Shown here piece after piece: positions 13,042-27,700 of a stretch of 64,000 nt of DNA. The stretch lies in assembly GCA_964016885.1 (NCBI GenBank), contig OZ024749.1:4712001-4776000 (forward strand), given 5' to 3'. Numbering within the stretch: the first letter of the stretch is position 1; every line of letters starts with the position of its first letter. Below the pieces are notes generated by a model. It was not told the origin of the DNA, ran no database searches, and saw nothing but the letters and a program-made list of their open reading frames with translations. Source of the DNA: Eledone cirrhosa (lineage: Eukaryota). Both the position numbers and the translations under genes were made by a program.

Positions 13042-13100
13042 GTATTTATAACTATGATGATAATATATAGATATAGATATAACTATGATAATTATATTAA
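12722..13100. repeat. AT-rich minisatellite (ATATAGATATA...TAACTATGATAA)
   Basis: ACTATG(A/G)TAA anchor recurs, separated by variable TA runs. Confidence 0.8.
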
Positions 13101-13349
13101 TATATCCTTTGATGATGATGATGATGAGGGCGTAGAGGAGGGTGCTGATTAGACACAGACCGGCCTTTATGAAAGATCTATGATGAGAATATCCCATCTG
13201 CTATCATGTATATGCTGACCTCCAGTGTTCAATGTGATATCACCCTTGATGTCCTCCAGTAGGGAGCGATTTCACCAACATTCAACTGTTAATATAACAT
13301 TCCTCCTGTCCATGTGGAGGCATATTCGTTAGTTCGATATTGACCTCCC

Positions 13350-13462
13350 TAGTGATGATGGTGGTGGTGGTGGTGGTGGTGGTATTGGTGGTGGTGGTGG
13401 TGGTGGTGGTGGTGGTGGTTATGGTGGTGGTGGTGGTGTTGGTGGTGGTGGTGTTGTTGTTG

Positions 13463-13495
<33 letters not shown>

Positions 13496-14405
13496 ATGAT
13501 GGTGGTGGTGGTAGCGGTGTTGGTGGTGGTGGTGGTGGTGGTGTTGTTGTTGGTGGTGTTGGTGGTGGTGTTGGTGGTGGTGGTGGTGTTGGTGGTGGTG
13601 GTGGTGTTGTTGTTGTTGGTGGTGGTGGTGGTTATGATGGTGGTGGTGGTAGCGGTGTTGGTGGTGATGGTTATGGTGGTGGTGTTGTTGTTGTTGGTGG
13701 TGGTGGTGGTGGTGGTGGTGGTGGTGGTTATGATGGTGGTGGTGGTGTTGTTGTTGTTGGTGGTGGTGGTTATGGTGGTGTTGTTGGTGGTGCTGTTGGT
13801 GATGGTTATGGTGGTGGTGGTGTTTTTGTTGGTGGTGGTGGTGGTTGTGGTGTTGTTGTTGTTGGTGGTGGTGGTGGTTACGGTGGTGTTGGTGGTGGTG
13901 GTAGTGGTGGTGGTGTTGTTGTTGTTGGTGGTTGTGGTGCTGTTGGTGGTGGTGGTGGTGGTGGTGGTGTTGGTGGTGCTGGTGGTGGTGGTCGTGGTGG
14001 TTGTGTTGTTCTTGTTGTTGTTGTTGTTGTTGTTGTGATGTTGTTGGTGTTGTTGTTGTTGTTGTTGATAGTGATGTTATTGCTGATGGTGTTGTTGTTG
14101 TTTTTGTTGTTGTTGTTGATGCTGATGTTGTTGATGTTGTTGGTCGTGATGTTGTTGGTGATGTTGTTGGTGATGTTGTTGTTGTTGTTGGTGTTGTTGT
14201 TGGTGTTGGTGATGTTGTTGTTGCTGTTGGTAGTGATGTTGTTGGTGATGTTGTTGGTGGTGTTGTTGGTGATGTTGCTTGTGGTGATGTTGTTGTTGTT
14301 GGCGATGCTGTTGTTGTTGTTGGCGATGTTGTTGTTGTTGTTGTTGGCGATATTGTTGTTTGCCTTGATGTTGGCGTTGGCGGCGATGATGTTGTTATCT
14401 GGTGG
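13350..14405. repeat. (GGT/GTT/GAT)n trinucleotide array
   Basis: Directly visible; the poly-V/L and poly-H/Q/T ORFs are artefacts. Confidence 0.95.
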
Positions 14406-16351
14406 TTGCTTATGACGCCAGTCACACTAATCATAATAAATCTGCTGCTATAGGGATGAAGACATCAATAATGATAATGTTGCTGACATTGATGACAAGG
14501 ATATTGATACGGGGGGGGGGGATAGCATCCGTCTAAAATGTCATGTAAGTCTTCTCTTTCTCCCTTACTATTACAGCGGAAGTCCTACCTAAGCTCACAT
14601 CCTGCTAACATACGAACACTTATGCGTAACCATGACCATGTATACATACATGTATATATACATGTATGTATACATATTTCCCATTCTTGTAGGTATATGT
14701 AGATATATATTGTGTGGGTATTTGTATGTTAAACATGTAATCCATGAATAGAATATGAGTAATTCTGTGATTTCATGATGAGGGTCGATTCCGAAACATT
14801 ATATTGGTTTAATTTGAAGGGTGTTCACTTCTTATATACGTGACATGGTCATAAACTGATTCTAGTGTATGTCTATACTGGTTTAGGTTCGATTTTAAAT
14901 CATTTATTTTTCACGTTGGTTAGATGGAAATATAAAAGCTGTGTGTTTCTGTGTATGTATATGTGGAGGTATATGTTCTAGTATGTGCATATTTCGTACG
15001 AATAAATATATGTTGATGTTAAGCGCCATTTTCTGCTAAAGCCTTTACCACTAAGTACTGTATATGTGTGTAAGGAATTGTAACTCTCTCTGTCGAGATG
15101 TAGTCGTGTATGAGAGAGAGGACTGTATGTCTTTCGTCCAGGCTTTTCTATAGCAATACTTCATTATAAATTCTGGTCTTCCATAAAACAATATCGCATT
15201 GTAGACCCAACTCCGCACAATTAGAGTTAAGGTTTCAAAAGTTCATAACAGTTTTGTGAGGTTAACTGTGACAAACGGGGGTCAGAACGAGACAGAAATT
15301 GAATATAGAATCATGAAAGGAACCAAACCGCCTGAGTATTTTTATATTTAGTATGTATTACTTCATTCGCTTCTGCTCTGACTACATTATCCTACACTGC
15401 ATACAAAAAGTCCTGGCATGTATGTTTGTGTAAACATAACATCTATACAATTTTATGATTGGTTTTAAGGTCCCCAGCTCTATACCCACTACTTTATTAT
15501 GACTTGTAACCTGGTAACAATTTAATTGCAGTCATAATAGAGGGATCCCTCATAATGACAGGAATGCATGAAATAGGCATGACCGTGTGAAATAGAAGTA
15601 TGATTCGTATGTATAAAAAAACAAATTCTCTCAAACTGTGTGTGGATACACTCAGGTGATCAGAAATCATATATATATAAGATTAGATGGTTCGGTGATA
15701 ACTTGGAGTAGTGTTGTAAATAATTGTATATGTTATAGTTTAGACATCACCGACTCTTGGTGTTTTTACTGGATTTTTCTTTACGCCAGAATCATTGTGG
15801 TAATGCTCTTGCTTCGAGGCCCTGTCTAAACGCAATATAGGTTCCCATCCTGTAAGGCCGTAAAGAAAAAAATGTTATTCCTAAATAATCCATTTTATTA
15901 CTAGATAATTTAATATTTCCTCAATATTAGGATGCACACATCGTTTTATAGATTAACATATCGCTTAGAAAAGACGTGCGGTAATTTAGGCGTCTTTTTT
16001 AATAGCCTCGTGTTGTTCAATCTGATTTTCTTTCGGAATTTTGTGAACGCAAACTGTACATACAGACACACACACAGATACACACACACACACACATCAG
16101 TGGCAGAGAGTAACCTGGAAACCAGGGCATGCAGTCGAATCGCCATGACGGAAAGTGGGGCTGTGCAGCCTTATTCCACCACTAATTATCTCTAAATGAC
16201 CCTCCCTGTCAAAGCCGCATGTAGTGTTTTCTATCGTGTGTGTGTGTGTGTGTGTGTTATGTGTTTATGTGTCTACGATTTAGTAAGCAACCAAAATCAT
16301 GCTTGCCCCAAAGCTGTCGTGTGTTTGTGTGTATGTGTTTGTGCGTATGTG

Positions 16352-16383
<32 letters not shown>

Positions 16384-17041
16384 TGCGCGTGCGTGTTATC
16401 TTTTCAGTATCTACGTTTTAGTAAGCAGCCAAAATTCTGCTTGCTTCAACCGACGCAATTGATCAACTCAAGATACTATAACGCATGCACTGCATGCGTT
16501 GCATGCATGGACCCTTCGCCCCTGAAGCACACACATATCACACACAGACAGATTGAAGCACATCGACGCAAACACCTAAACTCACACTCATAGTTAAAAT
16601 GACCGACTAACGAAACAGGTGTAGCTGAAGGTGTGGGGATTATTTTTATATTACATCTGGTATTGATTAAGCATTCGGCTGTTTGATGATATACATACAC
16701 ACACACTCACACACACACACGCACACACACATATATATATATATATATACGCACGCATAATATCGATATCGATACACAGATTTCAATTTGCGTTCCAAAA
16801 TCGTTACCACGACAACCTAAAGGATTGTCTTGTATACTCTCAATATTTTCGTAATTTTAATTGGACTAACTTTTATTTTCGGTATTAATTCCTTGCAATC
16901 CTGTCTTTATTTTTGCACTCCTGAAGAAGGACTAAAGCCCAACACGTCGAACTTTCTTTCCCTTTTTCCATATAAAGCGCGAAACTAAAACTTTTTCTGC
17001 CCCTGTTGTGTAAAAATGTTCGTTCGAATCATTATGTTTCT

Positions 17042-17230
17042 GGTGGATTGGCAGTATCGGTAGAGGGTCGGACGCCATGCTTTGACGCATAGAGTTACAG
17101 CCCTCGCCATTCTGAGTTCAAATCCCGCCGAGGTTAACTTTGCCTTTCATCGTTACGGGGTCGATACAATAAAGTACCAGTAATGCACTGGAATAATTGC
17201 TGGCCTTGTGCCAAACGTAGAAACAATTAT
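17042..17230 (+). mobile_element. tRNA-derived SINE, full length
   Basis: GGTGGATTGGCAGTATCGG...GAGTTCAAATCC...GTAGAAACAATTAT. Confidence 0.9.
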
Positions 17231-17479
17231 ATTTCTATACATTTGATTCAGGTTTCCAATCAATTAGGACCATTTTAAAATATAGATTGTGATTTAAAGA
17301 AATTTAGCAGCTATTTCTGGCAAACATTGTAACCACATAGATGTCCCTTCATTGGGTCTCATTGACATTGATCTATAATGATTATAAAGTTTATAATGTC
17401 GTCTGTGGTTATTGTAATCATGACAGTAAGAGCAGCAGGACATGGTTGCTAATTGTATTATTGCAGTTAACAGTGATGG

Positions 17480-18139
17480 TGATATGGTGAGAGATGATAA
17501 TGACTGAGCTTATTAATGGTGATGGTGATGATGATGATGGGGAGGAGGAGGAGATGGTTGATGATGATGGCGATGGTTATGATGAGGTGGTGGTTGACGA
17601 TGACGATGGTGATGGTGATGGTTATGATGAGGTGGTGGTTGACGATGACAATGGTGATGGTGATGACGATGGTGATGGTGATGGTGATGGTTATGATGAG
17701 GTGGTGGTTGACGTTGACAATGACGATGGTGATGGTGATGGTTATGATGAGGTGGTGGTTGACGATGACGATGGTGATGGTTATGATGAGGTGGTGGTTG
17801 ACAATGACGATGGTGATGGTTATGATGAGGTGCTAGTTGACGATGACAATGACGGTGGTGATCGTGATGACGATGGTGATGGTGATGGTGATGATGTGCG
17901 TGAATAGGATGTGTTTGATGATAATCATTATGGGGAGTGTGATGACAGCAATAATGATGATGATGATGGTGATGGTGATGGTGATGATGATGGGATTAAT
18001 GATGGCGATATAGATAATGATGATGATTAGACTAATAATGATGAAGAGTTGATGATAGCAATGACTATGATGAAAGAATTGATGATTGCGATGATATTGG
18101 TGATGATGATGATGATGATGATAATGGTGATAATGGTGT

Positions 18140-18184
<45 letters not shown>

Positions 18185-18310
18185 CTATCGAAGGTTGTTG
18201 ATGATGATGATGGTGATGATGATGATGATGATGATGGCGATAATGCTGTTGGTGATTATGATACAACTACAATTGCTACTGAATGGTGGCAATGGAGATG
18301 CTGATGCTGG
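17480..18310. repeat. (GAT/GGT)n array with an embedded GATGGTTATGATGAGGTGGTGGTTGAC minisatellite
   Basis: Unit repeated about 6 times between 17570 and 17845. Confidence 0.9.
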
Positions 18311-19204
18311 TGATATGGGCGGAATGTTGTACTGATTAGCTCACATCTTGTCTTCATTAAAGATTAATGATGCTCCAACACCTTACTACTTAAATTAGTT
18401 CGCAATGCAGGCGTCCATTAAATTTAGATTTATTAAACTGACATTTGATATTCCCTCCCTAATTAACTGATAGAAATTTTCTTTAAATATAAAGAAAAGA
18501 CGCCTATTCGCTTTCATTCTCTTTCTAAGTTTATTTTTTTGTTTTCCTATTTTTTTATATATGGTGTTTCGCTTCTTTATATCCAGCTTCTGAAAATAAA
18601 CTGATGTTAAGAACATTCTAGAGCCACTTCCACCGCTGTGTCATATACATTCTACAGATTCCGCTAAAAGCAAAAATATATGTTATACTTACTAGTGAAT
18701 ATATTTCGTGCCATTTATTGGTTTTTGAGCCACCGTGCAGTTTGCCGGGGTTCAAACTCACCATTTGGCCTCATGTAGGAGTAACATTTAATATAGTTCA
18801 GGCTCAAATCAAGATTTGCGAGTTAATTTGGTAGATGGGAACTGTGGAGCCTGGGAGGCTGGACTGTTGCAGGAATTCAGTTGACCAGTCTGTCACATCG
18901 CACTCGGTATCAGGTTCAATATCCCCGAAAAGAAAATTATCTTAATCTTACAAGAGACTGTGAAATGCATATTACTTTCGTCAGTAGGTGCTTCACTTGA
19001 CCCATAAACTGAATCTCTCATCGGTGAAATTGACGACTGCACATTCTAATGTCGGTTCCATGTTCGTTTTACTGGCATATAGGATTATGTTTACATGGAT
19101 ATTTGTTTGCAGGTCACACACATAATTACCCCTTTCTGAACAAGGAAACACCTTGAGTTGTCCTCCACGACACTTGTTACTGTATAACAGGCGATTGCAG
19201 CAGT

Positions 19205-20095
19205 AATAGTTTCTACTTTAGGCACTAAGCCAACAGTTTGAAGGAGAGGGGAAAGTCGCTCAAATTGACAGCAGTACTTACTGGTACTCTATTTTATCGA
19301 CCCTATAAGGATGAATGGCAAAGCTAACCTCAGCGGGATTTGAACTCACAACGTAAAGCACCGTAACTCTATGCCACGAAGCATGTTGTACGGAGCTCCA
19401 CCGATACTGCCAACTCACCGCCTTTCAAGTACTAATGAGAATTAAGGAGGAGAGAAAAATTCTAGAATAATCGAATCCGTTACATAACTGCTTTTTTACT
19501 TATCGACCGAGTAATAATGTTTTCTGATATAGGCATAAAGTTTACACTTATTAAATTGGATTAATTTGACCCAGGGGCATTACTGGTACTTTATTTTATC
19601 GAACCCGTAAAGCTAACATCAGCGTGATTTGAACTCAGAACTTAAAGGGCCGTAAGTGTATGCTGCAAAGCATGTTGTCCGACGCTCTACTCATACTGCA
19701 ATCCACATACCTAATCGCCCGAGTAATTATTGTTTCTGCTTTAGGCACAAGGCCAACAATTTGGGGGAGGGGAACTCGATATAATTGACTCCAATTACGT
19801 TACTGGTACTTTATTTTATCGACACCGTAAGGATAAAGGTAAATCAAACCTCGGCTGTATATAAACTCAGAACGTAAAGGGCCGTAACGCTATACATGAT
19901 GTCCAAAGCTCTACCGATTCTGCCAATCCATGAAATGGGAAATAGTGCATTGTCAATTATTGCGATCCTAATAGTTGACTGGTGCTTTATTTTTTTTTCG
20001 ATCATGAACAAACGTCATTTGAAATAAGACCGGAAAGAACCAGAACGAAAGTACCACATAGCAATTAATTAAACGCTCTACTGATTCTGTCAATG
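19205..20095 (-). mobile_element. Cluster of 3-4 older long-subfamily SINE copies in tandem
   Basis: CTGGTAC/GCTTTATTT..TCGA core at ~19282, ~19583, ~19803 and ~19979, with progressive decay. Confidence 0.75.
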
Positions 20096-20907
20096 GACAA
20101 CCCCCGAAGGGAAAACCAGCTATATTGACCCCAAAAAACTGGCAAAATCCAACCCCAAATTACGTCATTGTGAAGTGAATTTGTTAACCACGCAACTGTA
20201 AATGGTGTGAAATAATTGAAGCCTTCAAAATGCGTTTAACGTGAACGTTTCCTGAATATCCATGAATAATCGCCCAACCACCTCCTTTATTAATTTTTTA
20301 GATTTTTTCCCACACCACCCGACCTCGCTTTTATTCCAACCCCCACCGCCTAGCTTATTACATTTTGCTAATCCATCTCAGCGAAATTTTATTGTGATTC
20401 ATATTGATACAGTAGCTAGAGAATCTAATGGTAATTTTATTTTACATAAAAAACACATTATATATGACAAAACATTACAAGAATTCCCATATTTACGCAC
20501 TTACTCTATACAAGTACCCCCACTCGCCCATCTGCTTATAAGAATTAAAGCAAATGTTTGACCACCTCCACGTTCTTATCCAACCCCCTACTATCTGGGA
20601 CCGGAGAATATGTATTAAATACTATTTTTTTAGTCTGCCATGCTTTACGAAATGATAGTCTTACATATCACAAACGACTTGTTACTGCTTCAACACTTTT
20701 TGAGTCGGAAAAGACAAAAGAAAATAGGAAACAAACGAAACATTAAATAAAGACATCACAGCAAAACGTGATTCGATACAGAGAAGACGTGTATTTTTTT
20801 ACAAACTTATATAAAATATCCATTGAAAAAATATAACTCCCACCAGACTCTATCACAGTTAATTGTTATGCAACATTATGTCACCAGTAACAGAAACACC
20901 AGGAGGA

Positions 20908-20908
20908 C

Positions 20909-20950
<42 letters not shown>

Positions 20951-21020
20951 TGGTATTAGTAGTAGTAGTGATGATGATGGCAGTAGCAGTTGTGGTAGTG
21001 GCAGTGGTAGTGGTGGTGGC

Positions 21021-21075
<55 letters not shown>

Positions 21076-21195
21076 ATGGCAGTAGTAGTAGTAGTCGTAG
21101 TAGTAGTAGTAGTAGTAATAGTAGTAGTAGTAGTGATGGTGGTGGCATTAGCATTAGTAGTAGTAGTAGTATAGTAGTAGTGATAGTGGTGGCAG
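20908..21195. repeat. (AGT)n microsatellite
   Basis: Directly visible. Confidence 0.95.
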
Positions 21196-21367
21196 TAGGA
21201 GGAGGGGGAGGATGAGGAGATAATAAACTCTGTCATAGACGTGCAGATCTGACGTTCCTTTCACAACCTCATGCTTCCGAGTTCGAAACTTGGCGAGGAT
21301 ACCATTTATAACCTCGTATTGAGCAATGTCGTATAACTGAAATTCGGTAAATGCAGAAACCCACCGC

Positions 21368-22442
<1,075 letters not shown>

Positions 22443-22445
<3 letters not shown>

Positions 22446-22759
22446 CGAAGGAGGTGTGGTTAGGAACCAGATGGACCATAACGCACCAGAGTTCTCAATA
22501 TTTAGGGTAGTAGATTGGGTAATAGGAAAAGGTATGACCCCGACGGCAGAGCTCAAGCAGTTTCGACGACTATTTCTAGACTAAACTAGAATATTTACCA
22601 CGCTAAAAATTCTAATTTAGTCCAGAAATACCCGTCGAAACAGCTTGAGCTCTGCCGTCGGGGTTAAACATTTTCCTATTACCCACGCTACTACCCAAAA
22701 GTATTGGGTACTCTGATGCGTTATGGTCCATCTGGTTCCTTACCACACCTCTTTCGTTA
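22443..22759. mobile_element. Fold-back element family A, symmetric copy (~150-bp inverted arms) carrying hammerhead 3' halves
   Basis: TAACGAAGGAGGTGTGG... / ...CCACACCTCTTTCGTTA arms with ~15-nt spacer. Each arm has GAAAC(A/T)GCTTGAGCTCTGCCGTC|GGGGT; flanked by (TA)n. Confidence 0.8.
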
Positions 22760-22876
22760 TATATACATATATATATATATATATGTGTGTATGTGTGTAT
22801 GTGTGTTAAGTATTTCCGTTGTCAAGGAAAAGAAAGGACGTGTGCTGTATGTATAGTACAGAACTATATAATTAAA

Positions 22877-22964
<88 letters not shown>

Positions 22965-22974
22965 TACAAATAAA

Positions 22975-23172
22975 CCGAGAAGCAAGAATGTCCTTCATCA
23001 GTAGTCTACTGATTATCGTTGGTATTTCTTCGCATTAAAGACTAGATACCTAGACATCAGTGCGAGCGATAACTAAATTAAGTTATCGGGGACAGAGGAA
23101 AACAGCGGAAAGGAAACAAACAACATGGTAGTAATGCACCGTAAAGAGAGGAAAAGAGAAACAAGTCAATGA
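22975..23172 (-). mobile_element. Penelope-like terminal-repeat fragment related to 47264-48040 (family F)
   Basis: Shares TTGGTATTTC.TCGCATTAAA and GTGCGAGC.ATAACTAAA with 47264-47513; minus strand has the ACTGATGAAGGAC hammerhead 5' core only. Confidence 0.5.
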
Positions 23173-23237
<65 letters not shown>

Positions 23238-23241
<4 letters not shown>

Positions 23242-23418
23242 AAAAAGTATGACCCCGACGGCTCTAGCCTTTTCCACGGCTATTTCTGGAAACGGCTTGA
23301 GCGGTGCCGTCGAGGTCATACTTTTTCCTATTTCCCACTCTACTACCCTAAGTATTGAAGTATTGAGTACTGTGGTGCGTTATGGTCCATTTGGTTCCTT
23401 ACCACAATTCCTTTGTTA
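23238..23418 (+). mobile_element. Fold-back family A, asymmetric copy
   Basis: Starts TAGGAAAAAGTATGACCCCGACGG (inverted copy), then GAAACGGCTTGAGCGGTGCCGTC and the tail ...GGTTCCTTACCAC..TTTGTTA. Confidence 0.75.
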
Positions 23419-23620
23419 TATATATATACATATATATATACATAACTATATAATTATTTCTGAAGACAGCATATATGTGTAGTTTGTAAAAATGTTACAT
23501 AAATCTATATTATATGCATACATACACTAACATATATATCCTAGAAACGATCGTAAAATGATGATTTTTTTAAATATAAGGAACTGTTTCTTTGTTTATT
23601 CATTATTTTACTAATTTATA

Positions 23621-23679
<59 letters not shown>

Positions 23680-24140
23680 ATAGAGGTGTATTTTACAGTG
23701 ACTTCTCAATCAGCCGACACAAATTTATATATATATATAAAAGAATAGAGGTGTATTTTTCAGTGACTTCTCAACCAGCCGACACAAACCTACATTTGGC
23801 GCAAAATCAATGTTTAACATTCACATGACCTCTACCGACCAATCAAAATTGTTTTGAGCATAAGAATTTTTGCAACACGAATTGGCGCGAAACTTATCTT
23901 AATGCATCTGGAGCGACTTTTTTCACATAAAACAGGTAGAATTTCCAAAACTAATCAGATTAGAGCAAACATCACGGGCGCTATATCTCAAAATTACTTT
24001 TGAAAACCATTAGAAATGCGGAACCGGTAAAACTTAAAACCAAAATTGAATACTAACCAATGCTATTACTAATTCTCACTTATTCCTAATTAAACTATTT
24101 TTCACTGGGAACAATTTGTCAGCATTTTCTTTGCCGTTTA

Positions 24141-24187
<47 letters not shown>

Positions 24188-24190
<3 letters not shown>

Positions 24191-24268
24191 TTTTAATATA
24201 GATGAGATTCTGCAATGTATTGAGTACCTTACTTACTGTGGTTACCTCCGATTCAACCCGGAATAACG

Positions 24269-24270
<2 letters not shown>
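24188..24270 (+). mobile_element. Internally deleted copy of fold-back family B
   Basis: AGTTTTAATATAGA (left end of the 44973 element) is joined to TCTGC.ATGTATT...CCTTACTTACTGT.GTTACCTCCGATTCAAC.CCCGGAATAAC (its right tail); inside (TA)n. Confidence 0.75.
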
Positions 24271-24300
<30 letters not shown>

Positions 24301-25413
24301 GATATATATACACAGGGGCTGTGAAAGTTGGCGGATTGAGGGTGACATAGCCCCATCTCCCAAAAATTATATTTTTCTCCCAAAACACATATCTACAGTT
24401 TTTGTGCTACAATTTATGTACTTGTTATGTTTATCGCATATTGAAGTTCTTTTTTTTTCTTTTTCATATCGTGGTGAAATTTGATAACAGCTAAACTAAT
24501 CACTACAACAAAATTGACTAAATTTGCCTCCCCACCCATTCAGAAATGCTTCCACCACACCCTGATATGTGTGTGTGTGGTTATGTTTACTTACTAAATC
24601 AATTATGTAGTAATCTAGGAAAACAGTATCGGAACAATATACTCCACTAAATACATTTAAGGGTATTCAGACAGGACCCTAGGCTTATGACTCGAAAATA
24701 TGTAAAGATATAGGCGGGTGTTTCATTATGTGTATTTACGAGCCCGGGCAAAAAAGAAAGATATCTTATTTTTATCATAAAAAAAAACAATAGAAATAAA
24801 AATAAGTTACACTACATTGAGTTATGCTCGAAAAGACATACTGAACAGCATTGTAGATCGAACTCGGTATTTAGTGATTGCCAAACATTCTTCTTAACTG
24901 CTCGGCCAATATACGTCCACAAGGTGTGGTGATATGTTATTAAGAAATAAGCTGTTCTGTTCCCGTGATATTTGCGGTTCATTAAACTAGTTAGTCATTT
25001 GAGAGAAACTTCTCATTAATACAAATGAATGTTTTATCATGCTCGTTTCTTTCCAATTCTCACCATTTAGTTTCCAATCGATATATATATTTTTTTTATT
25101 CAATTTACTTTTGGCACCCATTTCCTTTCTCTTCTTTGTTGCTGTTGCTTTTCGTGTTGTAAATATTTAACACTATCTATCTGTCTCTCTTTACTTCTCT
25201 CTGTCTTTCTCTCTCTCTCTTTTTCTCCCCCTCTCTTTGTGTATCTGCCCCCTCTCCCTCTCTCTCTCTCTTTCCAACATATTCTAGCACTTTTTTTCAT
25301 CACCTTATATCTTTCATTCCATTCTCTTGTCACCATTTCTCTCATCCTCCATCTGTTTCTCCCAATATACCTCATTCACTAAACTACAAACACACACACA
25401 TACACACACACAC

Positions 25414-25476
<63 letters not shown>

Positions 25477-25869
25477 GTGTGTGTGTGTGTATATATACCC
25501 CTTAGTATCTATCTCTTTCTGTCCTTCTCTCTGTATTTTTCTCTGATTCAAATACACCGTCCCCTCTATACAAGTTTGTACCTCTTTTTCTCCCATTTCC
25601 TCTCCCCATCTCGCTTCCCCGTATGCCTCTCCTACATAATCACGTTTTATATTTGTCTATCATACTTCAGAATTAAAGTGTGCTCTTGTAAGTTAATTAG
25701 AGTATATCGTCGTCGATGTTGTTGTTGTTGTTTTTTTTTTGTTGTTGTTAAATTGGTTAGCTCCAGGTTTACCTTGTCTGAACATATTTATGATCAAATG
25801 GAATTCAGTCAGACGTGATTGTATTTCAATCAATCTATTACATACCCTTAAGTGGTGCAGTAAATTATT

Positions 25870-26420
25870 GGGATACGACGCTAGACCCAGTCGCAGTGAA
25901 CAGTCACCACTTCTCTCTGTCGTCTGTCATGCGCAGAAGTGTCATCGTGTATAAATATGTCCATTACTTTGAATTGTCGGATCAGGATATATTTTATTCA
26001 CCTCTTTTTCACCTCATCTGTCCCTTGAAAGATTGTTTTGTACAGGGAGTCGTTAGGGGAATAAGTGTCTGTACTAAGCAAGATGATGCACTTTTATCAA
26101 CAAAAGGTATGGCTCCTACCTGCCAAAACTGTTTAGATTTGTTTCCATAGAGAGTGATTTGTCCTGTGTTTTGCGTACGTGATGCCTAACCATGTTCGAG
26201 CGTTCTATGTCGGGTATAATAGTCTCATAAGAAGAATCAAAGCCACCAAAGACTAGCGCAATTCAAATCTCATTGGGAACCAGATGGAGTTGATTTTCCA
26301 TATGTTGTTCAGCTTCACCAGTATAGCCGAGACCGACCCCTATCTTGCTGCTATCTCATTTAGTGTTCAGCCTCATTCGTCAACATTGATCCTAGGTAAT
26401 TGAACATCTCCACTTCTTTA
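25870..26420 (-). pseudogene. Decayed RTE-clade LINE, ORF C-terminal region
   Basis: Minus-strand translation with stops and frameshifts gives KEVEMFNYLGSML...EIAAR...LNNIWK...DSLYKTIFQGT...LLRMTDDREKW, matching RTE motifs F.YLGS, L.KTILQG and LLR.A.DR..W. Confidence 0.75.
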
Positions 26421-27384
26421 TGTTTTCCTCTTTTCAGCTACGGTCAATGGAACATTAGCCGACGGAGATCACAAAACAACGTCATCCAATACAACATGCT
26501 CTACATAACCGGGTGGAGGTGGAAGGGTGAACCTATCTAGAGTGTTCCTGTTGTTTGCTCAACGGAACAATCTCTTTATGAAAATAGCGAATAAGAGGAT
26601 AAACGATCGATAGAGTACCCTTAACGTAATGCTTAGAGAAATTCATCGATACAGTCGATATATAGCTTCCCTTAATCCATTAACCCAATTCCACACACAA
26701 TCCATGGGCCCCTCAGAGGTTATCGTAAATAATACCTGTCTAAGATGACCCATAAAAGTATTGAACCCAAGACCTAATGAATGCTTAGCCAACTTAATCC
26801 TTTAAGTATTCTAATGTAAGTCCATAAAACAGAATAGAGCAGGATTCTAAAGTTACCTTGTTGTATTTATTAAAGATGTATAGCAGCGACATAGACGTTA
26901 ATCTGATGGGCCTCTATTCAAATTTTCAGCTAGCTAGACGTATTAGAACATACATATATACATTCCTTTTCATTTATATAATATTACAAACCTTCGCTTT
27001 CTTGTAATAAGATTGCTGTTGTAATTTCACTATTACATCAATGTTAATTCTGCATATTTCTCTTTTTCTCTTTTATTTTACTTTCTCATATGAATTTTAG
27101 TGTTTTATTTTACTTTCGACTTCCCCTCTCCACATTCTTTTAGCTCCTTCATAATAATAATAATACTAATACTAATAATAATAAGAAGAAGAGGAATAAT
27201 AATAATAGAGGTAATGGTAATTTCATTTATGGGAACACTATCTTCATCCTTCATACATATAATATACGGCTTCATCATCCCTATTATCATCTTTATAATT
27301 TCTGTTGTTTTTGCTTCAGCTTTTACGAAGGTATCTGTTAACCGGGTCTTAATTATACAGTCAGTTTACATGAAGAAATATTAT

Positions 27385-27700
<316 letters not shown>

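Noticed and set aside
13340-14453. Poly-H/Q/T and poly-V/L ORFs
   Set aside because: Trinucleotide array artefact.
14770-14812. ATGATGA-GGG/TCGAT/TCC-GAAAC hammerhead-like string
   Set aside because: Core C mutated and stems I and III unsupported.
16915-16955. CTGAAGAAGG...CCCAACACGTCGA hammerhead-like string
   Set aside because: GAAA box absent; too degenerate to call.
17494-17907. Asp-rich 'DGDGYDEVVV' ORF resembling FG-GAP/EF-hand or biomineral repeats
   Set aside because: Embedded in a GAT/GGT microsatellite field with overlapping open frames; no signal peptide or exon evidence.
21225-21367. Possible minus-strand exon ([23 protein letters not shown]) after TTTCAG
   Set aside because: No recognisable host protein or partner exons; LAKFRT..H is equally compatible with a LINE C-terminal remnant.
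24313-24564. Possible hAT-type MITE (CAGGGG...CCCTG)
   Set aside because: TIRs are poorly matched and no 8-bp TSD is visible.
26420-26560. Strong-looking splice acceptor TTTTCCTCTTTTCAG followed by short open frames
   Set aside because: Adjacent to a decayed RTE; all frames stop within ~35 codons and no protein is recognised.
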